From: Amphiscolops sp. MND2022
Taxonomy: Eukaryota
Reading direction: 5' to 3'
NCBI GenBank assembly: GCA_964187785.1
Contig: OZ076413.1
Coordinates: forward strand, 54,374,001 to 54,438,000
DNA length: 64,000 nucleotides
Positions within the stretch are counted from its first letter, which is position 1, and each line of letters begins with the position of its first letter. The notes below the pieces were generated by a model, which worked only from the letters and a program-made list of their open reading frames with translations, ran no database searches and was not told the DNA's origin. Shown in pieces: positions 1 through 12,887 of this stretch. The translations under genes were made by a program, and so were the position numbers.

Positions 1-703
1 TCTGCAATGGTCAATAATTTTAATTCAAAAAAAGCACCCAAACCACCAAATCGAGGGAAATGATATTAGCCTCTACGTTGATTCAACTGTGTTCATTCGG
101 GAAAGATCAAGAGGGTCAAAACTGGAAGGGGCTTTCTCAAAAAAAGGGACGCGTGGTGCCCGAATCGCGAAACTGAATAACTATTTTGCCAAACAAAGCC
201 AACCAGTCCATCTTATCAAAAATGGATGTAGCCCTGAAATTGGAAAGAAAAATTTGAACAACAGTCGACGAAAAAGGAGAAAAAGTCGTTGAAAAGCCAA
301 TGTCGGGAGAAAAGGCAAGTGAGACAGAAATGTCAAAATCAAAAAGAAGTGCGTACACCATCGAGTCATCTTCAAGTGAAGAGGAGAAGAGATGGCGGGA
401 GAAAGTGCAGCGAGCGAGGCACCAGTAGCGAGTGAGGCACCAGCGCAAACTAGTGTGAACGAAAGTCATGAGAGCCCCTTTGAAATTGAAGAAGCACGAG
501 AAACAGAACTATATAGAAGGAAGAGAAATCACAAAGGCAACAAAGTCAGGATCGGAGACAATCTTTATCATGAGAATTATGATCAGGGGGGAAAAGAAGT
601 GATTCCTGAAACGGTGCCAGTCCAAAGAGAAGTCATCTGGGAAAGCCCTAAAGTGAAAACTTGATCTGGACGGGTAATCAGGAGACCTTCGTGGCTGTGG
701 TAG
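1..703 (+). pseudogene. Degenerate 3' end of a gypsy-type pol (integrase C-terminal tail)
   Basis: Frameshifted FIRERSRGSKLEGAFSKKG segment, an acidic linker, then KT*SGRVIRRPSWL (656-697). This matches the TRSGRVIRxP motif typical of gypsy integrase ends; the TGA probably derives from CGA. Confidence 0.55.
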
Positions 704-1603
704 AGTTGTAATTTAACATTATGTAGCATGATTAGATTATGTATTTACACAAATACCTAACGCAGAAGCGTGAGAAACCACAATATTCAAAAGATACGTT
801 TCAAAATACAGTTACACCAATTCACTTGCATTCGCCAATTCTGATTTTTTTGCCACTTTATAGAAAGCTTCAACACTACGGAACCTCAAGTGAAAATATT
901 TCCCTCGATTTCTCAGGTAACGTTTGCCCAATTTAAGGTTGCCTAAGGCATTACTAGGTAATTTACTCCCGCTGTTTTTACGGTGTATTTTGGGGTAACC
1001 AATGGGAAACAAGTTTCGTAAATTCGCTAAAACCAAAATAACCAATATGAAAAAGTTTCGAGTCCGAACTCTAATCGGGGCACTGACTTGGGCCGTTCGC
1101 AACATTTTTTCTACAGGTGATAACCCTCACAATAGATGCTTCACTTTTCAAACTAACACATGACCCAAAATCTGAAGTGGCCAAAGTGGCCAAAAAATCT
1201 TTCCACCACGCGTAAAATTATGTGAAGACGTTTTTGAAAACTGTCATAAATTAGCATTGATTGTACGAATTTATGTAACGTAGACCAAGTGGTATGAAAA
1301 GGACTTTCAGAAATTGTTCAAACCGATAGTTTTTAAGTACAATTCATTAGTCATAATTTTAGGTTTTGGGACGTTCAAGAGCTCAACATGTCCTCCTTAT
1401 GAGTACTGGGCGCTGTACAACTTTTTGAGTTTTTCGATTAATTGGTATCCTTGGTGGGGTTTCGGATAACAGGATGCTGTAAAAAAAAACTTTATTTCTG
1501 TTCACATGGTCTTTTTTCTATTTTTAAAAGAACTTTGAGTCTTCAGCGGGGTAGCGACTAAAAACGTTTCTGTCTTGACATTCTTAGCCGCGATGGTTGT
1601 CGT

Positions 1604-1803
1604 TGTTATATTCTAACATCTAGGATAAGAAAGAACAAGAGTTGTAAAATAAGAGTTTCTTTGTATAGAATTATATTGTAATAAATCTCAAATGTATGGT
1701 AAACATAAAGTACAGTTTTCTAAATTCAAGTTTGTTTACTAACATCTTGCTTGTGTTCTAGACCGAAACTCGGTGGAGGCCAGGACGGATGAACCGTATA
1801 ACA
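1604..1803 (+). mobile_element. Small putative solo LTR (200 bp)
   Basis: 7-bp terminal inverted repeat TGTTATA...TATAACA, internal AATAAA, flanks GTCGT/GTTGT (5-bp TSD with one CpG-type mismatch). Confidence 0.5.
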
Positions 1804-2685
1804 GTTGTATGTATGCGTATTTTTGGATGCACGTGTTTGAAAATGGAAGTTTTCACTTCTCATCTCAAATTACGGTGTTTTCATAAACTGGAAATTTCCT
1901 AACTTGAAAATGCCTGCTAAATATTCTAGTATGATTTTTGAGTTTGCAATTGTTAAGCAGTTTTAGAATGTTTTGGCCAGAAGATTTTAAAAGACAGATT
2001 CCAGTTCAAATGGAAACCTTCAAGAAATTTAAGAATGCTAGTGAAAAACTAGTATGTTAGTGAAAAACATTGGCGCCCAAATTCTTCCACACGTGTTTAA
2101 TGCTAAATTAATAAAAAGCCAGCTACTGCGGAAAACAACTTTGAACCTTGAAGCAAATTCAATGTTAAAGCCTATAAATAGAGAATGGAAAACACAACTG
2201 GAATATTTTTTATTTTGAAAATGTATAGGCGAATAATTAACTAGCATTCACAAGACTTTTTGAAGTTTCATATGTCCACGCGAGTATTTGACGGAGACAA
2301 CTATTACTTCAATCTTTACAATTCTGGTTTCAAGTCGAACTCTTTGTTTTTCAGAAGCATTCAAACACGAATACAAACGAAATATTCACTTCAAAGCATC
2401 CAAAACCTAAGAGAACGGAAAAGTTCTTTTTCTATACAGCTTGAAATAATTCACAAACGAATTATTCACTTCAAAGCATCCAAAACTGAAACACTTTTAT
2501 CTATACAGCTTGAAACACGTTCCGTTTTGGTAATCATTCTATGGATACTTTCATCGAGTTTGAACAATTATACACTGAAGAATCTACCGAATCAACCAAA
2601 CAGAACAGAACGAACAAACATTTCACTCGTAATATATGTAAACAAGGCACAAAAAATCTCTCCTGGGTTGGAAACCAATTGCAGT

Positions 2686-2781
2686 CCACCGGTGGTCACC
2701 GATGATCCACAGGAGTCACACCGGTGAACCACTGAGGTCGCATTGATCCCACCGATGGTCCACCGATAATTCCACCGGTGG
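2686..2781. repeat. Cluster of palindromic CCACCGGTGG/GGTCACCG motifs
   Basis: Repeated ACCGGT-centred units; a related cluster lies at 4481-4548. Confidence 0.6.
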
Positions 2782-3570
2782 TCACCGAAAGTTCCACCGG
2801 TTATAAATTAGTATCAGTCCCAGGTTGGTATCCTTCCAGTGATTTTGGGACTGTATTCCATGAAAATACTGTAAAGGCTGATTCTAGTAGCTAATGCGTT
2901 CGAACCATCGGCCTGTCCCTGGGATGAATTTAACTTGCAAAAAACTGAAAAGTTCGCGAAAACTTTACGAATCCGTGATGAAAACTGAATTATTCAACTT
3001 CTGAAAACACTCACAACTTGCTTTAATGAAGTCAATTTTCCGTTTTCCGTTCTAATATGGCTATACAACATCTCAGGTACATCGACTAATAGAGTAAACA
3101 ATATAGAAACAAATATTTACGTGTAAATATGAAGTTATGATAGGATATCTGCTGTTTTACAACAACAAGAAACCATACTTTCGTGATCAATTAATACACT
3201 ATCTTGGACACTTTCTGCCTATCTGGGTGGGCTAATATTGGCCATATGTACTGAATTATGTTCTCACAACACGATTACAAACAAAGATGAGGGCTAAAGT
3301 GGATTAAAAAGCAAATGGAGGGCGACATTCGGCAGAAAAGCGACAAATTGAGTTTAAAGCCCAAAAATGCACCAGATAAAAATACAAAAGTAAAAAATTG
3401 ATTTTATTTCCAGTTTTTTGCCCTAAATCGGTAGTTTGGGTCAAAAATGTCGGTAGTCACTAATCCGGAAGTCATTCTGACATTCGATGTGGAAATATGG
3501 CTCGTTGGAACTAACAAATTTTGGGTTATTTTCAGTTACTCATTTTCAGGCCTTTTCAAATACAGTGTTT

Positions 3571-4055
3571 TTAGTCGGCGCTTTTATTAATAAAAGAGCC
3601 CGACTATAACAGTCACTCGTTTCTTTTTATTTAGGACAGACTCGAAGCGACGAACGTTAACGTTCAGAATCTTCAACTAAAGGAAACTAAACGAATACCC
3701 CGGAAACGCATCTAAGTTATTCCAAAGGGTCCTCCCTTTGGTTTTTTACTTTTATTTACTTTTTCACGGAAACCCACAAAAACGGACGTTCCTAAAGGGT
3801 CCTCCTTTGGATTTTTTCGGCACTGTGCGACTTTTTTCGAAAATTTTTTAATGTCCCCAAAGGGTCCCCCATCGAGGTTTTTGATATTTTGCAACAGAAT
3901 GTATGTTAATATATCGAGAAGAGTCCCCCTTTTACATTTTTCGGCACTATGCGACGTTTTGCAAAAAAATCAAAATTTCAAGTTTTTTCCAAAAAATTGT
4001 TTTTCGCTTTTGTAGCCTTTGATATGGCGCCGACTTTAGACGTTCTCGTCTTGTT
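3571..4055 (-). mobile_element. Non-autonomous dispersed repeat, DINE-1/Helentron(HINE)-like
   Basis: On the minus strand it begins AACAAGACGAGAACGTCTAAAGTCGGCGCC. It has subterminal inverted repeats AGTCGGCGC/GCGCCGACT and a hairpin at the far end. Same family as 14951-15338. Confidence 0.5.
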
Positions 4056-4480
4056 AGCTCTTATTCCATCAAAATATAGTATTTTTAGATAGTTTATCAG
4101 GAAAACGATTTTGGGCCGTATTTCAAAAAAATACAGTGATTTTCGATCTGCGATCTTCCAAATCGGACCTGGAGGGTGGAAATAATTCAAATCATATTCT
4201 TTAAATCTTATTCTCCCTCCCATTTAGGCCATTTTCTTCTCAAATTCATGACTATCTAACCCAAAATTCGTAACATCCTACCTACAAGCGGCTTCAACGC
4301 GGTGCCGAAAAGCATCCTTAATGCTACCTCTGAAATAACCAACAATTGAACAATTGTTCAAAACCATAAAAAATACATATTTTAACTGAAAAATGTTGCC
4401 AAGCAAAATTTTGGTGGCAAGCATGCTCGAGCGCGTGATTTGAATCTTTAAAATCCGTTTCAGAATTTTTGAAACGTTTT

Positions 4481-4548
4481 CCACCGGTGGTCACCGGTGG
4501 AAACGAATTTGGCACCCCGGAAGTATTTCCACTTGTGGTCACCGGTGG
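4481..4548. repeat. Second CCACCGGTGG palindrome cluster
   Basis: CCACCGGTGGTCACCGGTGG ... GTGGTCACCGGTGG. Confidence 0.6.
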
Positions 4549-5993
4549 AACACTGGCGGCCTACCGTGGTTTGCGTGTACCAGTACCGGCTGGCTTTTTG
4601 TCAAAGTTGAATTATCATTACGTAATCAATGTTTCGAGCCAGGTTGGTTGAAACATTCTAAAAAGACATATTGACAAAATTCCATTTTTAATCTTAGAAG
4701 TTCTTTCGCTTCGAAGAAAAGTTGTCAAGTTGTTCAGCGTTGAAAGTTGTTTTTAAAAATTTATTAACTACTATTTGAAATTCTGAGTGCTCAAAATTAT
4801 TTATGCGGTCCGTTTCTTGGTTCACCTAGTATCAGGTGAATAAAAATACGGAAAACACATTTCACTTTTCAAAATCGTAATAAATTGAAACAGGTACTGA
4901 AGATCTTTCATTTTTCATTTTTGTTGTCAAGTACATGTATTCAAAATGGAGCTATTATTATTAAACCAAATCTTCCACTAAGGATGGTGCGAACCTTTTA
5001 GCAAACGTTTTGACCTATTTACCAGTCACTTCGTTATCACGTTTGATGTGTGAATGTGTTTATGCTCCGAAGAAAAGTTATCAATTCAATGGTTGAATAG
5101 CTGAAAAAAGCAACGGTATCAGTTGGTTTGAAATCGTGATCACAAACACAGTACTTTGGTTGAGGAACCGTCCCCCCGCCCCTATGTGCTGAGTGTTGTT
5201 ATCAACCAATTATTTGCTCTCACTCGATTATTATTGGTGCATTGAGGGAATCTTAGACACAGAGTGCACTTCAGTTTTTCCCAATTTTGAGCACGTTTTT
5301 GAAATTTTCGCAGAAAATTTGAGATTCATCGGATTCTGCCGATTTTTTTAGTATTCATTGATATATTGGTCAATTGATTATTTCTAGTTTAAACTAGAGA
5401 CGTTCTAAAGCGAATATTAATTGCCGTTTTTCACCGCGAAAACGCATATTCCTACCTCGATACATGTAAATTGAAGAACATTTACGTTTTTAACCTGATA
5501 TTCCGAAAACGGTTGATCATCATCGATATGGCTCATACATCCATGGCTTAAGTATATTTGTGGGAGTTAGCCGAATACAAAACAGCCGAAAATTGGAAAA
5601 ACGGTATTATAAAGTCCCAATTTTGTTCAAAATCATCTAATTGTAACTTTTACAATTTTTGTCCATGAAGTATTTGACAAATACTCAAGTAACCTACATG
5701 AAATTCCAAGACTTTTATTTCTGGTGTTTTTAAAACTTTTAACCGAAAATCCAGTCTGCAATCGCTCCGGGGATGACTTCTTAATCACAGTACTGTATTT
5801 GAAACTTTAATAGCTGGAAATAATTATTCGTTTCTTTTTTATGGCTCACAAAGAAACGAGAAGCAACCCTATGCTCAAATTTAGCGAATACACTCCCCTG
5901 CTAAAGTAAATGCAAGAATCTTACAGGATGTTGGAAAATAAAGTAGTTTCCAGCAAGACGTATAGCTAAATTTTTCAAGGAATTGTGTTAATG

Positions 5994-6766
5994 TGTAACG
6001 GCAAGCAGTTATCGGTCGCTTAACACGTTAACAGAGGTGGAGGAACCTGCAGGAATGGGTGATTCGCTCGGGACAGGCGCCCATCGCCACAGATCCATTT
6101 TGCCTCCAGGGGTGAAATACGTCCCGGGGCCGCGGGTGCTTCGACGAATACTGTCCAACCGGTCCTAGTCTTTGATTGCTAATAGTAACGGGCATCTTTC
6201 TGACTCTTTAAAGACCACCGCTTAACTAGCATATAAAAACAATGCCAAGAATAAGGTAAATTTCCAGTTCCAGGGTGACATGTGAATAAGATCTAAAATT
6301 GGGAAATAAGATCTAAACTAGCGCTAACGCTACTGAATACAGCCAAAATCACTGAAAATACATGAAAACAGGCACGAATATGGCAAACCACACAGCTAAA
6401 AAGCTGGGGCGCAGGGGCTCCAAGCACCAAACAAGGATCTTTAGGCGAAAAGACTCATTTTTACGGTTTCCGCTACATAGGGTAGCATAATGCTGAAAAT
6501 CGATAAAACCGGTGTTAGCACCTCAAAAAGAGTCTATTTTCAGTCGTTCTTGCCGTCTCTGGCTTCTGTCATGGCGGCGCGCCCGTATTTTTGCTCGTTC
6601 TTGCTCTTTGTTGTCGAAGTACCTGCCAATTTCGTGGAAACAGCGAAAAGAGCAATCACATGCTCAGTGCCACGTCACACATCGGATTAGAATTTTTGAC
6701 AAAATTTCTGAACATGTCAAAGTTGCAAAATCGGTTGATATTGCTGTACCAGAGCTTGCCGTTACA
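5994..6766. mobile_element. 773-bp element bounded by a 13-bp TG...CA inverted repeat (solo LTR or MITE)
   Basis: TGTAACGGCAAGC at 5994 and GCTTGCCGTTACA ending at 6766; ATG on both flanks (3 bp only); GC-richer interior. Confidence 0.4.
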
Positions 6767-8318
6767 ATGCACATTCTGCGCTAGACAGACTGTCCTTTCT
6801 GGCAATGTGTAAAAAGGATATATAATCATACATGATACATGACAATTGACGAATGGACAAGCTATAGTCATATATGGTTCCCGTAGGAACAGATTGCATT
6901 AAAAAATTAATACCAGCAATGGAACTTTCACAAGCTTTTTTAAAACAATTTACTTGTCCAGGGGTTTAGCAAACAAACCGAAATATGATTTAAAAACAAT
7001 ATTGTTAGCAGTAACACATGCTGCCGCCTGCAATGACAACGTCAACAATATGACGTCAGAAGGGAGTTCAAGATCCACACTTCTAACCATGCCTCTGTAG
7101 AAGGACACAATGTTAACTGATCCCACAAACTATAACCAAACTCACAAACCAATGATAATTTTCTTTTCGGGCAATTCCTCTATTCAATTAATTTTGTCAG
7201 CTAATTGCACAGCAGGTCAATAGCGCCGTCGACCAAATGATCTAGCACCTGCGGACACGACTATATGTGGAGAAAAGTCCAGCATAATGTCACAGGTAGA
7301 TATAACAAAACTACATATCTGTGCTATGTTCTAAATGAAACCCTTACTTGCTGACTATGTCACGATAGGTCAAACAGATGTACCAGGTATCTAGCATATG
7401 AATGATACTTTGAGTGAAAATCGTCTCTCCTTTGAATTATTCAGGACATTTGAAAATGTCAACTTGATGGTGGACACCAAAAAGTGTTGTTTTTTTTGTT
7501 AAAACCCATATGAAATTAAAGAAATCCAGTTTACACGTAAGTAATTAGTTATCCCAGTTGGTGTCGGAAATCAGCATACACGACGTGTATCAGTATAAAT
7601 TTCCCGGCTCCAGTCAACTTGACAAAATCTTCCTAAACCGCGATAAAAACAGCTAGAACATTTTTCAGTTCTGCTGATAAAAACTGTAAGTAAAAAGACT
7701 CTACAAGACCTCATCTTTCATTATCTGAGTTTGTTTGAGCTGTGTAGAGATGGATGCCAGTTCGAACTTCAAGTTCACATAAAACAATGGCTCTATGAGG
7801 ACGTCTCGCATATCTGACATCAGGTCAAATTGGAAAAATCTGCACATTTTGCTAATAAGTTATTGAAGGGAGGATACGAAAATAGTTTGTGAATCTCAAA
7901 GGTAAATAAAAAGAAAGATGAATGATGACCTATCGTTTAATGTTGCCCAATGATGAAGCACCACAGGGGAAAGTGTTCACCACATAACTGGAAGACCTGT
8001 TAAAATGAAAGACACTCAATGTCAAGCAATTTTGGCCTGATGAGGGATACAAAAGAACATTGGGGTAACGTGATGCATGCGACCAAAACAAAAACCCAAA
8101 TACAGGTTTTAACCAAACACAGAAAACCGACATTTCTGGGCGAATGCAAGGGGTCCTGTAAGAGAAAGTCATTACTCTGCCATTATTATGGTAAGGAACG
8201 GTAATGAAGTTCCACTACTAAAAGTTGATGACGGTCCTAAATTGACTCTCACTACATGATCATGTCTATCGTAGTTGGGTCGAAGCACTTTCCTACATAA
8301 GGCCGAGATACTACGTAT

Positions 8319-11286
8319 TAGAGGTAGAGCTATAGCTGGGTATACCACTTTATTAAACACCTTTCAGTCTGTGACCCCTTTCCCTTGGTGAACCCATTCC
8401 TTTCTGCAGTTCCTACCCAAAAACTCAATTTTAGGAAAATCTTAGTGTGAATTTTCTAGAAAATCATCTTTGATCCGTTTGGAATAAAAGTTTCTACCGC
8501 ATTTGATCGACGATGCCTCTGTCAGTTTTCGCTGCTTCAGTTGGCTGTGAGTAGACATTTTTTGTAGATGAAGTTGTTTGGATGTTAGTGTCAAGTTGTT
8601 TGGATTGTCGGAGATGTAATGCTTTTCGTAGTGAAAAAATCGAACTAACAGGTTTGCAAAACAAGCACAATAATTGTGAGCACAGTTTCAACTAACGATG
8701 TTCCAGATGGTAAAAATGTTCCGGAGTGGCAATTCGAAACAATTGATTCGAGCTCGCAATTCCCCATGAAATTCCAGAATATTGAAATTCGGGATATTGG
8801 GTATTTTTACCGTTATTTGAGTTATAACAGAAAACGGTAAGATAATTGATCAAATTGAGAAAAGAGAACAGTTTAACACTAGTTAGAGTCGAACACCACT
8901 CTATTCGTAAGAAAACATATAATTTTCCGAACCCCACACTCTTCCCGGCAACAAATAATCTCAACCGGATACCATATAATTAAAAAGTTGAATACAAGGT
9001 CACAATATCCGTGAGAGCACATTCATCATCGAATAAGTCCTTTTTATCAGAAACCATTACTACTATAGTTCAATTTAGAACGATCCAAGATTTAGAAGCT
9101 CGTTAGACGCGAACTCTTGCTCTGGGGGGCAAATAGGCAAAAAACCAAAACAATTAAATGTCGTACAAAACAAACTTTTTATAAAGGTCCCACATTGAAA
9201 AACTATTTAGGCAATTATTCAACTGAAAACATTTTTTTAAAAAAAAACGAAAGAAAGGAGTGGTCTTTAAAAATTTCCGGAAAAAAACTGAGGAATATTG
9301 AAAAACACGCTGGAGAGACCTTTCAGTCTAATTCAAGTTTTATAGTGGTTAAAAATTAAAACAGCAAAGGGAGACCTTTGCACCTCTAAAAACACCTCAG
9401 GTCTGAGACTCACTCAAAAGTAGTATCAAAGATTTCTAGCAAAAACGCTCATAGTATCGCAATATTGCCCAAGTGGAATTGCCCTAGTCTCCACTCTGCC
9501 AGTCGCAGGCTGCCGCCTGTGATGGTACCCGAAACACAACCACAACGACCGGACAGGAAGAGACTTTGCCGATATTTTGAAACTGACACTAAGAATAAAC
9601 TTTTGCCACATGTATTATCACGCTTTTATGTTTTATACACAAATATTATTAGTCTGTTAAAAGTACGATTTGGTAGTTCAAATCAAGTTGTTGAAATTTG
9701 TTGATGCTAAGTATGAATTGAAACAGTGCAAGCAGAGTACAACTAACTACACGGCAGTAAAGGAAACGCGTTCAAGTGACGTAATGAACTACTCCGGAAG
9801 CCTAGAGGTAGAGCTATAGCTGGGTATACCACTTTATTAAACACCTTTCAGTCTGTGACCCCTTTCCCTTGGTGAACCCATTCCTTTCTGCAGTTCCTAC
9901 CCAAAAACTCAATTTTAGGAAAATCTTAGTGTGAATTTTCTAGAAAATCATCTTTGATCCGTTTGGAATAAAAGTTTCTACCGCATTTGATCGACGATGC
10001 CTCTGTCAGTTTTCGCTGCTTCAGTTGGCTGTGAGTAGACATTTTTTGTAGATGAAGTTGTTTGGATGTTAGTGTCAAGTTGTTTGGATTGTCGGAGATG
10101 TAATGCTTTTCGTAGTGAAAAAATCGAACTAACAGGTTTGCAAAACAAGCACAATAATTGTGAGCACAGTTTCAACTAACGATGTTCCAGATGGTAAAAA
10201 TGTTCCGGAGTGGCAATTCGAAACAATTGATTCGAGCTCGCAATTCCCCATGAAATTCCAGAATATTGAAATTCGGGATATTGGGTATTTTTACCGTTAT
10301 TTGAGTTATAACAGAAAACGGTAAGATAATTGATCAAATTGAGAAAAGAGAACAGTTTAACACTAGTTAGAGTCGAACACCACTCTATTCGTAAGAAAAC
10401 ATATAATTTTCCGAACCCCACACTCTTCCCGGCAACAAATAATCTCAACCGGATACCATATAATTAAAAAGTTGAATACAAGGTCACAATATCCGTGAGA
10501 GCACATTCATCATCGAATAAGTCCTTTTTATCAGAAACCATTACTACTATAGTTCAATTTAGAACGATCCAAGATTTAGAAGCTCGTTAGACGCGAACTC
10601 TTGCTCTGGGGGGCAAATAGGCAAAAAACCAAAACAATTAAATGTCGTACAAAACAAACTTTTTATAAAGGTCCCACATTGAAAAACTATTTAGGCAATT
10701 ATTCAACTGAAAACATTTTTTTAAAAAAAAACGAAAGAAAGGAGTGGTCTTTAAAAATTTCCGGAAAAAAACTGAGGAATATTGAAAAACACGCTGGAGA
10801 GACCTTTCAGTCTAATTCAAGTTTTATAGTGGTTAAAAATTAAAACAGCAAAGGGAGACCTTTGCACCTCTAAAAACACCTCAGGTCTGAGACTCACTCA
10901 AAAGTAGTATCAAAGATTTCTAGCAAAAACGCTCATAGTATCGCAATATTGCCCAAGTGGAATTGCCCTAGTCTCCACTCTGCCAGTCGCAGGCTGCCGC
11001 CTGTGATGGTACCCGAAACACAACCACAACAACCGGACAGGAAGAGACTTTGCCGATATTTTGAAACTGACACTAAGAATAAACTTTTGCCACATGTATT
11101 ATCACGCTTTTATGTTTTATACACAAATATTATTAGTCTGTTAAAAGTACGATTTGGTAGTTCAAATCAAGTTGTTGAAATTTGTTGATGCTAAGTATGA
11201 ATTGAAACAGTGCAAGCAGAGTACAACTAACTACACGGCAGTAAAGGAAACGCGTTCAAGTGACGTAATGAACTACTCCGGAAGCC
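8319..11286 (+). repeat. Near-identical tandem duplication, 2 x 1484 bp (8319-9802 and 9803-11286)
   Basis: The ORF track repeats at offset 1484. One substitution was noticed (QPQR vs QPQQ). The unit includes the first 302 bp of the solo LTR. Confidence 0.95.
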
Positions 11287-12717
11287 TCACTTGAGCGCGT
11301 AGACTTGTCCAATCAGATCGCAGTATTTGTTGTGCTAGAATGTACATTCATTAATGGCCTAATAAGGCCCTTTGACGTAATCTTTCAGCTCTTGGCTAGT
11401 GATTTAGTCAAACGGCCGGTTCCGGCCATTTTATATGTTTGATGCCTTGATACCAACCATTCTTTTGATTGATTAATATTAGTACACTGACGCTAAATAA
11501 CTACTCCGATAAAAGAATAACTTTCATTGCTTCAAATTCAATACCATGAGACGGTTAAGGACATTTAACCAAACTTTGATGGCGCTTATTTGATAATCAG
11601 GCAATTAGCCCGTTCGGGCCCAATTTTGCAAAACGCTGTATTAACTGTGCCAGAGTGTTTTGGCCCGGGCTACTTTGTTCAATGCAGTATTTGATAGTAT
11701 TCAGATAAAACCATAGCCTTATACGGGCTCTTACATGTAATCATATAACTTTTGCTTAGATTGATTCAGCAGAGCGCACGTGGTGGCAGGTGCCAATGTT
11801 ACATACCGCACATAACATCAAATATTTGTAGACATTCTATAGATGAATGTGTTTTTAGCATAGAATAATCTGTTTGAAGTTGCGGCTGATATCCTAATAT
11901 TTGAAAGAGTTGTTGTTATTGTGATTTCTAAAGAATGTGTAATACCTTGGAAATGTTTGATGTCACGTTTTTTAGATATGTTTTTTTACCCGCGTAATAT
12001 GTAAAATATGCCAATGTCACCCTCCTGTGAGGAGGTATAAATACCGGTATTCCTCCTGGGAGGGACACAGTTCATTTTGATCAATTGATATTGATACGCT
12101 CTTATAAATTGCAAACCAGATCACCAATAAAGTATTACAACCTGAAATCTTCAATGCCCACTACAAGAAAGCAAGGACGTCGAGAGGACATGAAATGTTC
12201 TCAGATTTGGAGAACTTCGATGTTATGTTAGGCAGTAGACATTCTAAAAGAGAAGAAAGTGTAAATAGCAATCATGCAAGGAGACCGGAGAGCGTGAATA
12301 GCAACCTGTTTGAAAACAATGAAGAAAATTTGTATTTGAATCCCAGAGAAGCTGAGTTAGGTGTTGATGCCGAACTCGGACGGACTTCCGCAAGTGCTAA
12401 CTCTAGCACCGAGATTATTAGACTCTCGAGTGAATTAAACTCTAGAATATCTAGGGAGATGGATGAGATGATGAACAGTGTTAGTGTACAGATTCAGAGG
12501 GCAATTAATGACGCCATTAGCAGTCAAGTACTGCCTCAGATTCAGAATGTCCTAATGGCCGGATCAGGACACATGACACAGAAAGGATGGAAGGTTCCGG
12601 CAGAGAGACCGAAAAAAGATCCCGAAGTTCTGCGTGGCGAAAATTCTAGGAACAACTTGAGAAGGGAGCGAGTCCGAAATCATCTCAATGAAGAATCCAT
12701 GGACAATGTTTACGACA
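10985..12717 (+). mobile_element. Solo LTR (1733 bp) of a gypsy family related to the element at 25535
   Basis: AGTCG...CGACA ends (expected TG is AG), perfect TSD CTGCC (10980-10984 / 12718-12722), TATAAATA at 12036. U3 blocks and the gag peptide SSELNSRISREMDEMMNSVSVQIQRAI are shared with the 25535 LTR. Confidence 0.9.
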
Positions 12718-12887
12718 CTGCCTTTGCATGCATTTTTTTAAAAAAAATAATTGATCCAGAGCATGATCCGAACCAACTCACACCTGCTTCCAAGCCCTCG
12801 GCTCCACGCACAGACACGCGCTGTAACCACCAGGCCAAGTGGAATGTACTTTCTAGCTTTTCAATAGCGTCGAGTTTTTCCAAGTAG
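12154..12887 (+). pseudogene. LTR-encoded gag N-terminus; from 12195 a 230-aa ORF that reads out of the LTR into flanking DNA
   Basis: ATG CCC ACT ACA AGA (MPTTRK) at 12154 followed by an inferred 10-bp repeat-unit deletion. Homologous to the ORF at 26688. LTR ends at 12717 (NVYD|TAF). Confidence 0.75.

Noticed and set aside
2038-5900. Most 60-155-aa ORFs in AT-rich intergenic and repeat DNA across the window
   Set aside because: K/F/I/N-rich translations typical of random AT-rich sequence; many use non-ATG starts.
6700-6830. Possible BED zinc finger on the minus strand (AECAL/CNGKLWYSN)
   Set aside because: It needs a 2-bp repair, has no His pair, and straddles the end of the 5994-6766 inverted repeat, so it is probably chance.
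6032-7098. hAT-like TIR pair CAGAGG...CCTCTG
   Set aside because: Only 6 bp match and there is no 8-bp TSD.
7100-9050. Protein-like broken frames (e.g. VPEWQFETIDSS..., KAEILRIRGRAIAGY)
   Set aside because: Probably an old TE, but there is no motif I can assign.
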